From contig CBDBMC010000001.1 in the NCBI GenBank assembly GCA_965207095.1, positions 4,625,575 to 4,689,574 on the forward strand: a DNA stretch of 64,000 nt. Direction: 5' to 3'. Every line of letters starts with the position of its first letter. Within the stretch, counting starts at the first letter, position 1. Below are positions 40,361 to 51,190 of the stretch, piece after piece. The notes below the pieces were generated by a model. The model was not told where the DNA came from, made no database searches, and worked only from the letters and a program-made list of their open reading frames with translations. This DNA comes from Candidatus Poribacteria bacterium. GTDB lineage: Bacteria; Poribacteria; WGA-4E; PCPOR2b. The position numbers were made by a program, and so were the translations under genes.

Positions 40361-41105
40361 CCTGTATAACCGCCGGATACCGCTCTTAGTGAGCGGTATA
40401 TTCATTTTGATGCTAATCGGCTGCGATACAGATCAAATAGTAACCCCTCCAATACGGCATACTGTCGGCATCAGCAAACTACACCTGACAGACCTAACGG
40501 TAGAGCCGGGCGGCACCACAACGATTACAGCAACCTTTGATTATTCGGGAGACAAAGCCGACTTAATCTTCGGATGGGACGCGAGCGGTGGAGAGATTGT
40601 TGGGGAGGCATCAAGCGTTGCCTACGTTGCTCCAGACACTCCCGGTATACATACAATCACCTTACAATTGACCGATGGGTTTGCAATGGCTGAACACACG
40701 GTCACGGTTGAGGTTATTTCCCCGCAGTCACTTTTAGTAGATTCTGATGCCTATTGGACAGGTGACGGGGAAACGCTTGTATTGAGATATCAGGTCGATG
40801 TTACACAGATTATTCATCAGCCGGTGATATTGCGATATGATATCGTTCAGGACGAAGCAAAAACTGGGGCGTTTTTGAACGTTGATGTCAATGGAGTTCT
40901 GCTTGTTGAAGAAGAAGCAGTAGGAGAGGTAGATCCCGCTGAAGGGATAAGCATCATAGGAGAGGTAGACGCCTCCAAAATTATCACGGGATTAGGAACG
41001 TATGAAATTACACTGACATTAGTTGTTGTGCACCCCGTGGAGCGTGGATGGCTTCTACGAAAAGCGGAGTTAATCGGCGCAGCGGGATCGGCGGTTCGAC
41101 TGTGA
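40290..41105 (+). CDS. Hypothetical lipoprotein with Ig-like (PKD/BIG-like) domain
   Basis: Lipobox ILMLIGCDTD. Ig-like beta-sandwich sequence (TTTITATFDYSGD...HTITLQLTDG). Start is uncertain; the ORF is open from 40170. Confidence 0.5.
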   Translation: MYSETISCRKRPTQSRLRPPTHFDLYNRRIPLLVSGIFILMLIGCDTDQIVTPPIRHTVGISKLHLTDLTVEPGGTTTITATFDYSGDKADLIFGWDASGGEIVGEASSVAYVAPDTPGIHTITLQLTDGFAMAEHTVTVEVISPQSLLVDSDAYWTGDGETLVLRYQVDVTQIIHQPVILRYDIVQDEAKTGAFLNVDVNGVLLVEEEAVGEVDPAEGISIIGEVDASKIITGLGTYEITLTLVVVHPVERGWLLRKAELIGAAGSAVRL

Positions 41106-41210
41106 TAGGATCGGTGATATCACCCCAATACCTTTGGGTGGGCACTGCCCCTACAATGAATTGATTCGTGTGGGGGCAACCCTTGGGGCTGTTTAGTTTT
41201 TTGAATTGCT

Positions 41211-42251
41211 CTACGGAAGGACGAGAACCTTGACTGAACCGTGTGCCTCGCGTCCGTCCGCGACGGCAAAAGCCTGCTCAATATCATCAAGTGGAAAACG
41301 ATGGGTAATTAGCGGCGTGGGATCGAGTTTGCCGGCACCCATCAAGTTCAAGGCGATCTGGAACTCCTTCTCCCCATCACGGCGTCCATAACAGAAAGCC
41401 CAAGTAACTGTCAATTCACGACTTCGGGCGTATCGGGCATCGAGTGTAAAGGGCGCCACATGACCGCCGACCATGCAGATTCTCCCACGTTTGGCGGCAA
41501 TTTCAGTTGCCTGCATCAGCGTGTTTGCCCGACCGCCCACCGCTTCAAAGACAACAGTCGCACCCCTACCGTCGGTCCATGCCGTGACCTCCTCCACCGG
41601 ATCCATAGTATCAACATTTATGGGAATCGCGCCAATTGCTTGTTGCGCAATCTGCAATGGACGATCGGGTTTGCCCAACACAGCAACAGACTCCGCACCT
41701 GCCACATGTGCCATCTGAGCGATAGTCAGTCCGATAGGTCCGCTGCCAATTACGGCAACCTGATCGCCTGGTTTTACTGGAACCATTGACAATGCGTGCA
41801 CAGCTACGGCGTAGACTTCAGCCAACGCACCGGCTTCAAAAGAGACAGCGTCCGGGAGAGTATAAACGTTATCCTCAGGAGCTATCATGTATTGGGCAAA
41901 TCCACCGGCACGAGCGGTGCCCCCAATATGCACCAATTTAGAACAGATATTATAGTTTCCGCTGAAGCATTCGGGACATTCGTTACAGGGGATGGTCGGT
42001 TCGATGGCGACACGGTCACCTATCTTCTGTTTGACATCTCCCGATCCGAGGGCTACCACCTGACCGGTCAATTCGTGGCCCGCGGTGCGAGGTGAAAGCG
42101 ACTTTGGGTTTTCCGCATGGTAGCCGTGCAGATCGCTGCCACAGATGCCTGTCGCCTCCACCTGAACCAACACTTCACCTTGCTCTGGCACTGGATCGGG
42201 CAGTGTTTCAAGTCGTATATCTTTCCCACCATAGAATCGTGCGGCTTTCAT
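41211..42251 (-). CDS. Zinc-dependent alcohol dehydrogenase (sorbitol / threonine dehydrogenase family)
   Basis: Start MKAARFYGG, preceded by AGGAGG. Catalytic zinc ligands GICGSDLH and the structural-zinc cysteines CNECPEC...C. Rossmann motif VIGSGPIGL. Confidence 0.85.
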   Translation of the reverse strand: MKAARFYGGKDIRLETLPDPVPEQGEVLVQVEATGICGSDLHGYHAENPKSLSPRTAGHELTGQVVALGSGDVKQKIGDRVAIEPTIPCNECPECFSGNYNICSKLVHIGGTARAGGFAQYMIAPEDNVYTLPDAVSFEAGALAEVYAVAVHALSMVPVKPGDQVAVIGSGPIGLTIAQMAHVAGAESVAVLGKPDRPLQIAQQAIGAIPINVDTMDPVEEVTAWTDGRGATVVFEAVGGRANTLMQATEIAAKRGRICMVGGHVAPFTLDARYARSRELTVTWAFCYGRRDGEKEFQIALNLMGAGKLDPTPLITHRFPLDDIEQAFAVADGREAHGSVKVLVLP

Positions 42252-42554
42252 CGTGTCCTCCTGAGTCGATTCCACTTCACCTAAGTTGATAGATAACTTT
42301 TAAGGCGTGTTAGGCCAGGTCTCCCCGCTGCGGTTATTCTGGTTCATTAGTTCATCTGTTTATTGGTTCAGTAACCTGATGAATCACACACATACCGCTC
42401 CGCAGGTTAGGAAACCTATGCTACGTTGACTAAGGCGTGTTGACATTTTGCTATTGCTGATTCAGCAAATGCTGGAATCATCAGGCAATCTGCCATAAGT
42501 AGCGCAAACTGTTAGTTGGCAGGCTGGGATCACAATCTAACAGATCGTGGTACA

Positions 42555-42680
42555 AAAGCCCGAAATGGTCTCTGACGTGCGAACAAAGGGTTGGGAAACC
42601 CAACCCCTACGAAGGATTATGCGTTTGTGCTCCCTCTTGATGGTCTGGTTGCGATGAAAGATCAACAGAACCTAGTTAGT
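42555..42680 (+). repeat. Conserved roughly 125-bp intergenic block, paralogous to 32747-32872
   Basis: Same block including the hairpin GGTTGGGAAACCCAACC and the terminal CCTAGTTAG. Sits in the divergent region between the ADH and the lactonase-like gene. Confidence 0.65.
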
Positions 42681-42977
42681 GTCGGGCAAATCCGATCCCG
42701 TTTCGAGGACTCCCCCTATTTCATCAAGAAGCCTTGGCTTCGCCGGGACGAGGAATCGGAGGAAGGTCCGCCCGTTGCCCCCAAATCCCCGGTACATCGG
42801 GACAGGCGAGACCAGACGCAACCGGGGATGCCCGATCTACGGCTGCGGCGCGTAGAAGTCCATCTAAAAACCCTTGACAGGTCACCGAGGATTGAGTAAA
42901 ATCCCACCAATCTCTTTCTGGATTATCACCATATCAACTTGCCAAGATGGCACACGTCTGGACTAACGAGGAACAGA

Positions 42978-44009
42978 ATGGATCCAACACGGTCGAATCT
43001 ATATGTGTATGTTTCTATCGCAGGTGAGAACAAAATTTCGATCTTCAAGATGTCGCCTGAAACGGGGGAACTTACTCCCCATGGGGAGGTCCCGGTCTAC
43101 AGTCCTCCGAGCATACTCACTGTCCCTCCGGCGCGGGATGTCCTTTACGCCGCAATTAGAGCTACGGGAGATATTATCAGTTTTCAGATCGACAGAAGCA
43201 CAGGGCAGCTTGAACTGATGGACACAACCGTGACAGGTTGGGAGGATCCAGCATATCTCGAGATCGACAAGACGGGCAATTTCTTGATAATACCTTACTA
43301 CGTTCCCGGTAAAGTAACGGTTTATCCAATTCGGGAGGATGGTAGGCTTAGAGATGAACCGAGTGATACGCATTCGACTGGTGAACACGCCCATGGAGTT
43401 GCCATCGATCCGTCAAACAGATCGGTCTTTGTATCCCACACATGCCCGACTAATTCAATCTTTCAGTTCCAGTTTGATTCCGATTCTGGCACCCTCTCGC
43501 CCAACACGACACCCCAAGTTATCCCGGAAGGCGAAGATGGCCCCCGTCACATCTGTTTCCATCCGAACCACCCCTTCGTCTATGCGGACAACGAGCAGGG
43601 CAGCAGCGTAACCGCCTATAAGTTCAACGCCTCCGATGGCACACTTCGCCCCTTCCAAACGCTCTCAACGCTGCCTGAGGGTTATAGCGGCAGTAATTCC
43701 TGCGCCCGCTTGGAGATGCATCCATCAGGAAAATTTCTATATGCTGCGAACCGTGGCCATGATAGTATCGCTGGCTACGCCCTCAGTTCCGATGGTTCGC
43801 TGCAATCTGTCGGTTATTTCCCGACGGAGAAGACGCCCCGTTCTTTTAGGATTGACCCCAATGGCAAATTTCTAATTAGTGCTGGAGAGTCTGCTGACCG
43901 GCTAGCCTCGTATCGCATTGATGCGGATGCCGGTTATCTTTATCCTTTGGACACCTATGATGTAGGCAATATGCCGTGGTGGGTGCTTATCGTGCAGGGG
44001 CCGCGGTAG
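42978..44009 (+). CDS. 6-phosphogluconolactonase-like 7-bladed beta-propeller lactonase (Pgl/YbhE family)
   Basis: Start at MDPTRSNLYVYVS. Repeated blade motifs (HGVAIDPSNRSVFV, HICFHPNHPFVYA, FLYAANRGHDSI) typical of lactonase/cycloisomerase propellers. Confidence 0.7.
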   Translation: MDPTRSNLYVYVSIAGENKISIFKMSPETGELTPHGEVPVYSPPSILTVPPARDVLYAAIRATGDIISFQIDRSTGQLELMDTTVTGWEDPAYLEIDKTGNFLIIPYYVPGKVTVYPIREDGRLRDEPSDTHSTGEHAHGVAIDPSNRSVFVSHTCPTNSIFQFQFDSDSGTLSPNTTPQVIPEGEDGPRHICFHPNHPFVYADNEQGSSVTAYKFNASDGTLRPFQTLSTLPEGYSGSNSCARLEMHPSGKFLYAANRGHDSIAGYALSSDGSLQSVGYFPTEKTPRSFRIDPNGKFLISAGESADRLASYRIDADAGYLYPLDTYDVGNMPWWVLIVQGPR

Positions 44010-44091
44010 GCGTCACACCGTATGTTACTGCCCGATTTACAGAGGTTGGGAGAGTGCGCTGCTCGTGAAGCGTAATGCACGGACAGTAGAT

Positions 44092-44997
44092 TCAGAACAG
44101 GGCGGCTTCGTATAGTTGATGATAGCGGTCTTCAATCTCAGGTCGTGTCAGTCGACGTTGACGGTTCAAACTAAAATCTTCAACATTGAACGAAGCAATC
44201 ACTGTTCCGTAGATAATTGCTTTTCGGACTGCTGGTTCCGAGGTTTCCCCGGCAGAAGCAAGATAGCCCAAAAATCCGCCAGCGAAACTGTCACCTGCAC
44301 CGGTGGGGTCTGATACTGATTCCAAGGGATAAGCAGGAGCAGCAAAGAATGTGGAATCGGTCAGGGTAATCGCGCCGTGTTCCCCTTTTTTGATCACAAC
44401 CCGATCTGGACCGTAGGTGAGAATCTGTTTCCCAGCACGAATTAGGTTGCTTTCTCCCGTCAACAGGCGAGCTTCCCCGTCATTGAGGATTAAGATGTCC
44501 ACCTCGCTCAACGTTAGCATCAGCGCGTCAAGACTGTTATTGATCCAGAGATTCATCGTATCGCATACGATTAGCTTTGGCGTTGTCGCTTGCCGAAGCA
44601 CATTCAGTTGCAATTCAGGATTGATGTTAGCTAAGAAAACGTAGGGAGTATCTTTATAGGTTTCCGGTAATTTCGGCTCGAAGTCACCGTAGACATTCAG
44701 ATCGGTAAAGAGCGTTGTCGCGGCGTTGAGATCATCGGTGTAGTCACCTCCCCAACGGAAGGTTTTTCCACCTTGGATCTGTTCCAAACCTTCAAGTCCA
44801 ATGCCTCGTGCCTCCAAGAAATCGAGATGTTCTTGGGGAAAATCATCTCCAACCACAGCGACCAACCGGATGGAACCGTAGAAGAAACTTGCCGCTGTCG
44901 AGAAGTAGATCGCCGATCCGCCCAGTGCGTTTTCGACTTTGCCGGCGTGGGTTTTAACATCGTCCATCCCTACGGATCCGACGACTAGAATACTCAT
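44092..44997 (-). CDS. PfkB-family carbohydrate kinase (ribokinase / adenosine kinase-like)
   Basis: 301 aa. N-terminal GG motif (VGSVGMDD ... ALGGSA) and the C-terminal anion-hole motif DPTGAGDSFAGGF. Confidence 0.8.
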   Translation of the reverse strand: MSILVVGSVGMDDVKTHAGKVENALGGSAIYFSTAASFFYGSIRLVAVVGDDFPQEHLDFLEARGIGLEGLEQIQGGKTFRWGGDYTDDLNAATTLFTDLNVYGDFEPKLPETYKDTPYVFLANINPELQLNVLRQATTPKLIVCDTMNLWINNSLDALMLTLSEVDILILNDGEARLLTGESNLIRAGKQILTYGPDRVVIKKGEHGAITLTDSTFFAAPAYPLESVSDPTGAGDSFAGGFLGYLASAGETSEPAVRKAIIYGTVIASFNVEDFSLNRQRRLTRPEIEDRYHQLYEAALF

Positions 44998-45053
44998 GTA
45001 TCAACCTCGCAACCATATCTGCTAGGAACGGGGTCTAGCATGTAAAAGTAGAT

Positions 45054-45290
45054 TTAGGAAGGAAAGGGTCCCTGACGGTTTTTGTTTTCGCGTAGTGCTG
45101 TAATGACACGACGCAGGCGCCTAACCAAGATAGTAACAAGGACGACGACTAATACCACTTGCAGTATCTGATAAAATTTGAACATTCCGTCAGATAGTTG
45201 CGATGGATTGGATTTGTACATCCAGATTGGCACGAGTAAGATCGCCGACACAAGCAGAATGATGCTTTCCCAGAGATCCGATTTTTTCAT
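45054..45290 (-). CDS. Small membrane protein (2 predicted TM helices)
   Basis: 78 aa. Two hydrophobic segments separated by a short loop. Its end lies 18 bp downstream of ahcY on the same strand. Confidence 0.45.
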   Translation of the reverse strand: MKKSDLWESIILLVSAILLVPIWMYKSNPSQLSDGMFKFYQILQVVLVVVLVTILVRRLRRVITALRENKNRQGPFPS

Positions 45291-45307
45291 GAGTCACTCC
45301 CTCTGCA

Positions 45308-46570
45308 TTAAGTTCCCATCGTCCAAGAATTGAGATAAGTCTCCTGTTCCTCCGTCAATTCATCAATCGAGACACCGAGCGCTTGGAGTTTCAGCGTTGC
45401 GATAGAGTCATCCAGTTCCACTGGCACGTCATACACGCGGTTTTGCATCTCTTCATGGTTTTTAACAACATACTCCGCAGACAACGCTTGGTTGGCAAAA
45501 CTCATATCCATGACGCTGGCGGGATGCCCTTCAGCTGAAGCGAGATTGATGAGTCTTCCTTCGCCAAGCAGATATAGCTTACGTCCATCCTTAAGAGCAT
45601 ACTCCTCAACTAATTCCCGTGTCGTTCTTACCTCGGTGCTTAAATCTTTGAGATCTGGGATATTAATTTCAACATTGAAATGCCCCGAATTACAGATAAT
45701 CGCGCCATCCTTCATTGCTTCAAAATGCTCACGGCGTAATACATGCATATTGCCTGTCAACGTAACGACAACATCTGCTTCAGCGACGGCTTGAACCATG
45801 GGCAAGACGCGGAAGCCATCCATCACTGCTTCCAATGCGTTCAACGGATTGACCTCCGTGACGATGACGTTTGCGCCTAAGCCTCGCGCCCGATCAGCAA
45901 AACCGCGACCACACCACCCGTAGCCCGCCACAACGACGGTAGTTCCAGCAATGAGTAGATTGGTTGCACGAATAATCCCGTCCAGTGTGCTCTGTCCCGT
46001 TCCGTAACGATTATCAAAGAAATGCTTAGTTTTGGCATCGTTCACAGCGATGATTGGGTATCTGAGCACGCCTTCGGCCGCCATGCTTTTGAGACGGATA
46101 ACCCCCGTTGTTGTCTCCTCTGTTCCAGCTAAGACATTCTCCACGTAAGAAGGGTTTGCATCCTCTGCGTGCAGCCGAGAGACGAGATCTGCACCATCAT
46201 CCATGGTGATTGCCGGTTTGAAGTTAACTGCTTCATCAATATGCTGGTAATAGGTGTCAGTGTCCTCCCCTTTGATTGCAAAAATGGGGATCCCATCGTG
46301 TGCCACAAGCGACGCGGCAACATCGTCCTGCGTACTGAGCGGGTTAGAAGCGCATAGAAGCACTTCGGCTCCACCAGCTTTCAGTGCACGGGCGAGGTTC
46401 GCCGTTTCCGTCGTAACGTGCAAACAGGCAGAAATCCGCACCCCTTCGAGTGGACGTTCCCGCTCAAATCGTTGGCGAATCAGACGGAGGACAGGCATGA
46501 ACCGGTCTGCCCAGTCAATCCGCCGCTTTCCATCGTCTGCGAGTTCTCGGTCTTTAATGTCGTAATTCAT
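45308..46570 (-). CDS. ahcY: Adenosylhomocysteinase
   Basis: Start MNYDIKD, preceded by GGAGG. Classic SAHH sequence throughout, with NAD-binding GYGWCGRG. Confidence 0.9.
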   Translation of the reverse strand: MNYDIKDRELADDGKRRIDWADRFMPVLRLIRQRFERERPLEGVRISACLHVTTETANLARALKAGGAEVLLCASNPLSTQDDVAASLVAHDGIPIFAIKGEDTDTYYQHIDEAVNFKPAITMDDGADLVSRLHAEDANPSYVENVLAGTEETTTGVIRLKSMAAEGVLRYPIIAVNDAKTKHFFDNRYGTGQSTLDGIIRATNLLIAGTTVVVAGYGWCGRGFADRARGLGANVIVTEVNPLNALEAVMDGFRVLPMVQAVAEADVVVTLTGNMHVLRREHFEAMKDGAIICNSGHFNVEINIPDLKDLSTEVRTTRELVEEYALKDGRKLYLLGEGRLINLASAEGHPASVMDMSFANQALSAEYVVKNHEEMQNRVYDVPVELDDSIATLKLQALGVSIDELTEEQETYLNSWTMGT

Positions 46571-46581
46571 AGCTTTGCCTC

Positions 46582-47736
46582 CTACACGCCTGCTTCTGAC
46601 TTCAGCAAGTCTGCATAGTCCGTTAATTCCCATGTGAAGCCCGGTTCTTCACGTCCGAAATGCCCATAAGCGGCTGTCGCTGAGTAGATCGGTTTCCGGA
46701 GTTCAAGTCGTTCGATAATCCCGGCTGGCGTCAGATCGAAATGCTTCTCTACAAGCTGGGTCAACTTTTGATCGGGAACCGCCCCTGTGCCAAACGTATC
46801 AAGCATAATCGAAATTGGTTCAACAACACCGATGGCATAAGAGAGTTGGACTTCACATCGATCCGCCAATGCGGCGGCGACAATGTTTTTTGCAACATGC
46901 CGTGCGGCATACGCAGCGCTTCGATCAACTTTTGTTGGATCCTTGCCAGAGAATGCGCCACCCCCGTGTCGCCCCATACCCCCGTAAGTGTCTGCGATAA
47001 TCTTTCGCCCCGTTAATCCACAATCACCCTGCGGTCCACCGACCACAAAACGCCCTGTCGGGTTGACATGGTAGGTGATGTCAGACTGCTTTTGACGTAG
47101 TTCTTCAGGAATAGTGGGTTTGATGATTTCTTCGATAACAGCTTCTTTCAATTCGTCGTTGGTAACCTCCGGCGCATGTTGGGTCGAAATCACGACGGTA
47201 TTAACGGCTACCGGTTGTCCATCAACATATTCAATAGTTACCTGCGATTTTCCATCAGGTCGCAGGAAGTCCAATATCCCGTTTTTCCTGACCTGTGCCA
47301 ACCGGCGCGTCAGTTTATGCGCCAATATAATCGGCATCGGCATCAGCTCCGGCGTCTCCCGGCATGCATAGCCGAACATCATTCCTTGATCGCCTGCACC
47401 GAGCCGATCCACTCCCATTGCAATATCCGCTGATTGCTCATCAATCGCAGTCAACAGAGCGCAATGTTCATAGTCGAACCCATAGGTCGCCTTAACATAT
47501 CCAACCTGTTGAATAGTGTGACGGACCAGTGCGGGAATATCAATGAAATTTGCGCCGGTTGTCATTTCACCGGTGATGAGCGCGAGCCCGGTTGTGACCA
47601 ACGTTTCGCAGGCGACACGCCCCATTGGGTCCTCTGCCATGACCGCATCAAGCACGGCGTCAGAGATCTGATCTGCAAGTTTATCGGGGTGTCCTTCGGT
47701 TACAGATTCAGAGGTAAATACATAGTTTTGAGCCAA
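46582..47736 (-). CDS. metK: S-adenosylmethionine synthetase
   Basis: MetK signature motifs (GHPDK, GAGDQG, a GGGAFSGKD-like motif). Probable TTG start at 47736 with AGGAGA 7 nt upstream; the ORF track places a GTG start at 47769. Confidence 0.9.
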   Translation of the reverse strand: MAQNYVFTSESVTEGHPDKLADQISDAVLDAVMAEDPMGRVACETLVTTGLALITGEMTTGANFIDIPALVRHTIQQVGYVKATYGFDYEHCALLTAIDEQSADIAMGVDRLGAGDQGMMFGYACRETPELMPMPIILAHKLTRRLAQVRKNGILDFLRPDGKSQVTIEYVDGQPVAVNTVVISTQHAPEVTNDELKEAVIEEIIKPTIPEELRQKQSDITYHVNPTGRFVVGGPQGDCGLTGRKIIADTYGGMGRHGGGAFSGKDPTKVDRSAAYAARHVAKNIVAAALADRCEVQLSYAIGVVEPISIMLDTFGTGAVPDQKLTQLVEKHFDLTPAGIIERLELRKPIYSATAAYGHFGREEPGFTWELTDYADLLKSEAGV

Positions 47737-48820
47737 TTGAGTTTCTCCTGATTTAATGCCTCTATACACTAAAGAGCAAGATAACTTGGGACAGGATTTT
47801 AGACTACTATTGTGAACGCAAATCTTGTCCTAAACCCAACTAAGGGAACTTTTTCAGTGTATAAAGAATTCTTTAAAACCCCTGTTTTTAAGCAGCACAA
47901 ACCTTCAAACTAACCATGAGTGTTTGCCTTTGCCACATGTATCCCTTCCTCTCTCCGATCAGGCAGCATTAGCAATCCTTATCAGTTATTAGGGATCTCC
48001 GAGAGTTTGATCGGGTATTGCTGGGGGTAGTACCCTAGCGAAGAGATGAGAACCACTTGTCATTAGCCACGAAAGGCTTTAGGTTACACGGGAGGGATAA
48101 TGGTAAGGTCTTGGATACATATACGAAAACATATTGTACTACCACATAACCTGTGCACAGTTGGACAACCACCACAGCCATAAATGGAATATGAGGCGGG
48201 ACACGCGAAAAATCAGACCTCACGCCTCATACTCACTGCTGAACGGCAGATTGACATTATCAAAGTCGTTTATAGAGATTAAGCGATAGCAATTTTTGAC
48301 ATACTCCGCAAACCTAAAGGATTGGGATTCTTACGAGTCCATTTCCATCAGGAGAGCTAATTGTGCGGTCAAACAGGGCTGCGAACCGAAGTCCGCCTTA
48401 CATACCGCTAACGCAATGGACAACGCCCTGCCCACTGCCTCATGGAATCGGGAGCTGTAAAGTTTGACAACTCGCGACTCCTTGAAGGGGAATTTTGGCG
48501 CGGTTTATTGAGGAGCCCTATATCCGTCGGTATATCCTAACTGTTGCGGATTTTACCCCTGCTAAGAGTTAACCGAACCGCTAACCTCTAAGAACAAGCA
48601 TACCATATTTAGCCTGCAAATTTAAGAAAACGGGCTAAAGCAGTCTGTATAGGCTGCGTCCCAACCGCTCCAAACATAAATGTTTGGGTTTTAGACCTAA
48701 AGGTGTGTTCGATAATTTAGAATGATACGCAAGTTCAATATTAAGTAAGCGCTCAATTTCACAATGGAGGGCAGTCTATCCTTCCTGAACGCCTACATGT
48801 TAATTTTCTTTGGAAGCCTC

Positions 48821-50917
48821 TTAAGAAGTTTCCTCGGAAGCTTCCTCAGACGTCTCTTCAGAACCAGATCTATTTAGTTCTTCCTTTAATAATCCTCCAA
48901 AGGCTGTCAGTTCTTCCCGATCTTTTTCTTGATCCTGGACGCGTTCTTCCTGTTGTTGTTCGTATTGAGTGATGGTTGCACGATCCTGTTCAGCCTGCGC
49001 AGCTTTCAGGGACAAGCCGATTCGGCGTTCGGTTGGATCTAAGTGAATCACTTTCAGATCCAATTCCTGACTGACCGACACGACGTCTTCCGGCTTTTCA
49101 ATGCGTTGTTCAGCTAATTCAGAGATGTGGATTAGCCCTTCGATATCATCTTCAAGCTGTGCAAATACACCAAAGCTGGTTATGTTCACAACCTTACCCC
49201 GGACGACAGATCCAATTTTGTATTTAGTGGGAACCTCTATCCATGGATCAGGTTCAATCTGCTTCAATCCTAAAGAAATTTTCTGCTGTGCTGGGTCAAT
49301 ACTTAGCACCATGACCTCAACTTCATCACCTTCCTTTAGGACCTCGCGCGGATCAACAATTCGTTTCAGCCAAGACAGGTCGGAAATATGGATTAGGCCA
49401 TCGATACCCTCTTCAATTTCGACGAAGGCGCCAAAATTGGTCAGATTGCGCACACGGCCTGTGAGTTTCGTACCGACAGGATATTTTGTCTCCAACAGTT
49501 CCCAAGGATTGGGGTGCAGCTGCTTCAATCCGAGAGATAGCTTCTGATTATCTTTGTCGATATCCAGCACAACTGCGTCAATGACATCGTCCTTTGCAAC
49601 CACCTTTGACGGCGCAATGTTTCGCCGTGTCCACGACATCTCCGAAATATGGATGAGTCCTTCAACTCCCTCTTCTAACTCCAGAAATGCCCCATAGTTG
49701 ACAATGCCTACCACTTTTCCTGTAACGGTGGAGCTAATAGGGTATTTATCTTCAACCGATTCCCATGGATCGACTGTTTTTTGCTTTAATCCGAGAGAGA
49801 CCTTCTCCGTATCGCGGTCAACAGAGATAACCATCACGTCTATCTCATCTCCGACTGCAACGACTTCGGATGGATGATTCACTCGACGCCATGACATATC
49901 TGTTTTGTGGAGCAATCCATCAATCCCACCAAGATCGACAAATGCACCAAAGGTTGTAATACTCTTTACGACTCCGGACCGAATTTGTCTCGTTTCGATG
50001 TTCTCAAAGAGAGCGGTTTTTTGTGCAGCTAGCTCCTCCTCGAGAATCACACGACGCGACAAGACGATGTTGCGGCGACGCTTACTCAGTTTAACAACTT
50101 TCGCTTCGAGTGTCTGGCCGATATATTGTTCAAAATCTTGTGGGGGCCGCAATTCAACCTGAGACGCCGGCAGGAAAGCGCGTAACTTACCAAGGTCTAT
50201 TTGCAAGCCACCCTTGATGCGCTGCACGACGGTTCCAGTCACAAGCCGTCCCGCTTCGTAAGCCTCGGTAATCTCGTCCCAAACCAGTTTCTGGTCAGCA
50301 ATCTCCTTGGATAAGACAAGTTGACCTTCGGAGTCTTCTCTCCGGACGATGTACACATCAATCTGGTCACCGAGATTTACAGGAGGTGTGCTCTCATCGC
50401 CAACCGGAAATTCCGACACCGGGATATACCCTTCTGACTTGAACCCAATATCCACCATAACTTCGTCATGATCGACATTAATTACCGTTCCCTTGACAAT
50501 CTCGCCTTCCGAGAAAGCTTTGAGGGAATTATCATACGCCTCTTCAAGAGATTCAATTTCCGCAAGCTCCGGTGTCGCTTCCGGCGCATCGGCGGATTCC
50601 TCTACTGTTGTAGGTTCATCAACAGAGACGGCTTGATCGGTCGCATCGGCTTCGCCCGATTCACCTTCAGACAGAGAAACTTCCTCGCCATTTTCCTCTG
50701 TCTCCTCCGTTGGCTGTGCCCCTTGTTCTTCATCTTGTGGCTGATCTGCTTCCGCAGGCTGTTCCTCCGCCTGAGTGTCATCGTCACTCACTGAAGAGGA
50801 GTCCAACTCCTCCTCAGTTTCAGCGGCATCAGTATCTTCCACTTCGACCGTGGGCTGATCTGTTGTTTCTTGTTCCTTTTTTGAATCCTCGTTCATCACG
50901 TGACTGGCTCTATTCAA
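48821..50917 (-). CDS. rpsA: 30S ribosomal protein S1 with roughly 125-aa acidic N-terminal extension
   Basis: Six S1 domains (repeated G.V. and F.G.H.S motifs). The N-terminus is extremely D/E-rich, with no alternative ATG before S1 domain 1. Confidence 0.85.
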   Translation of the reverse strand: MNRASHVMNEDSKKEQETTDQPTVEVEDTDAAETEEELDSSSVSDDDTQAEEQPAEADQPQDEEQGAQPTEETEENGEEVSLSEGESGEADATDQAVSVDEPTTVEESADAPEATPELAEIESLEEAYDNSLKAFSEGEIVKGTVINVDHDEVMVDIGFKSEGYIPVSEFPVGDESTPPVNLGDQIDVYIVRREDSEGQLVLSKEIADQKLVWDEITEAYEAGRLVTGTVVQRIKGGLQIDLGKLRAFLPASQVELRPPQDFEQYIGQTLEAKVVKLSKRRRNIVLSRRVILEEELAAQKTALFENIETRQIRSGVVKSITTFGAFVDLGGIDGLLHKTDMSWRRVNHPSEVVAVGDEIDVMVISVDRDTEKVSLGLKQKTVDPWESVEDKYPISSTVTGKVVGIVNYGAFLELEEGVEGLIHISEMSWTRRNIAPSKVVAKDDVIDAVVLDIDKDNQKLSLGLKQLHPNPWELLETKYPVGTKLTGRVRNLTNFGAFVEIEEGIDGLIHISDLSWLKRIVDPREVLKEGDEVEVMVLSIDPAQQKISLGLKQIEPDPWIEVPTKYKIGSVVRGKVVNITSFGVFAQLEDDIEGLIHISELAEQRIEKPEDVVSVSQELDLKVIHLDPTERRIGLSLKAAQAEQDRATITQYEQQQEERVQDQEKDREELTAFGGLLKEELNRSGSEETSEEASEETS

Positions 50918-51190
50918 AACTCAATAACGGCACTAGATTTGATAGATTTAATTCACCAGCTCCTCCTTTTCTAAGGTCACCAACGACCTGTATGGGTCAA
51001 ACTTTTGGCACAGGTTAAGCATATATAGTATAGCACAAATACGCAGAAAGACGCAACGGAATTTCTAAATAGATATTTTTTCATTGCAGAGGGGGTAAAT
51101 GTGCGCTAAAATTTGAATGACTGCCATCTGCAGCAATCTCCGTTTCTCGCGGAGTCTTATCTGACTAAGCAACGGCTTGGAAGCCTATCT

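Noticed and set aside
42591-42899. 102-aa ORF in the ADH / lactonase-like divergent intergenic region
   Set aside because: It lies across the conserved repeat block 42555-42680, which is also present upstream of modA. It has no RBS and is more likely regulatory or repeat DNA than coding.
50918-51190. Expected TPP (THI-box) riboswitch upstream of thiO-thiS-thiG
   Set aside because: I could not find the CTGAGA box or the conserved pyrimidine-sensing helix in the 270 bp upstream. Cannot be excluded without a covariance-model search, so not reported as a feature.
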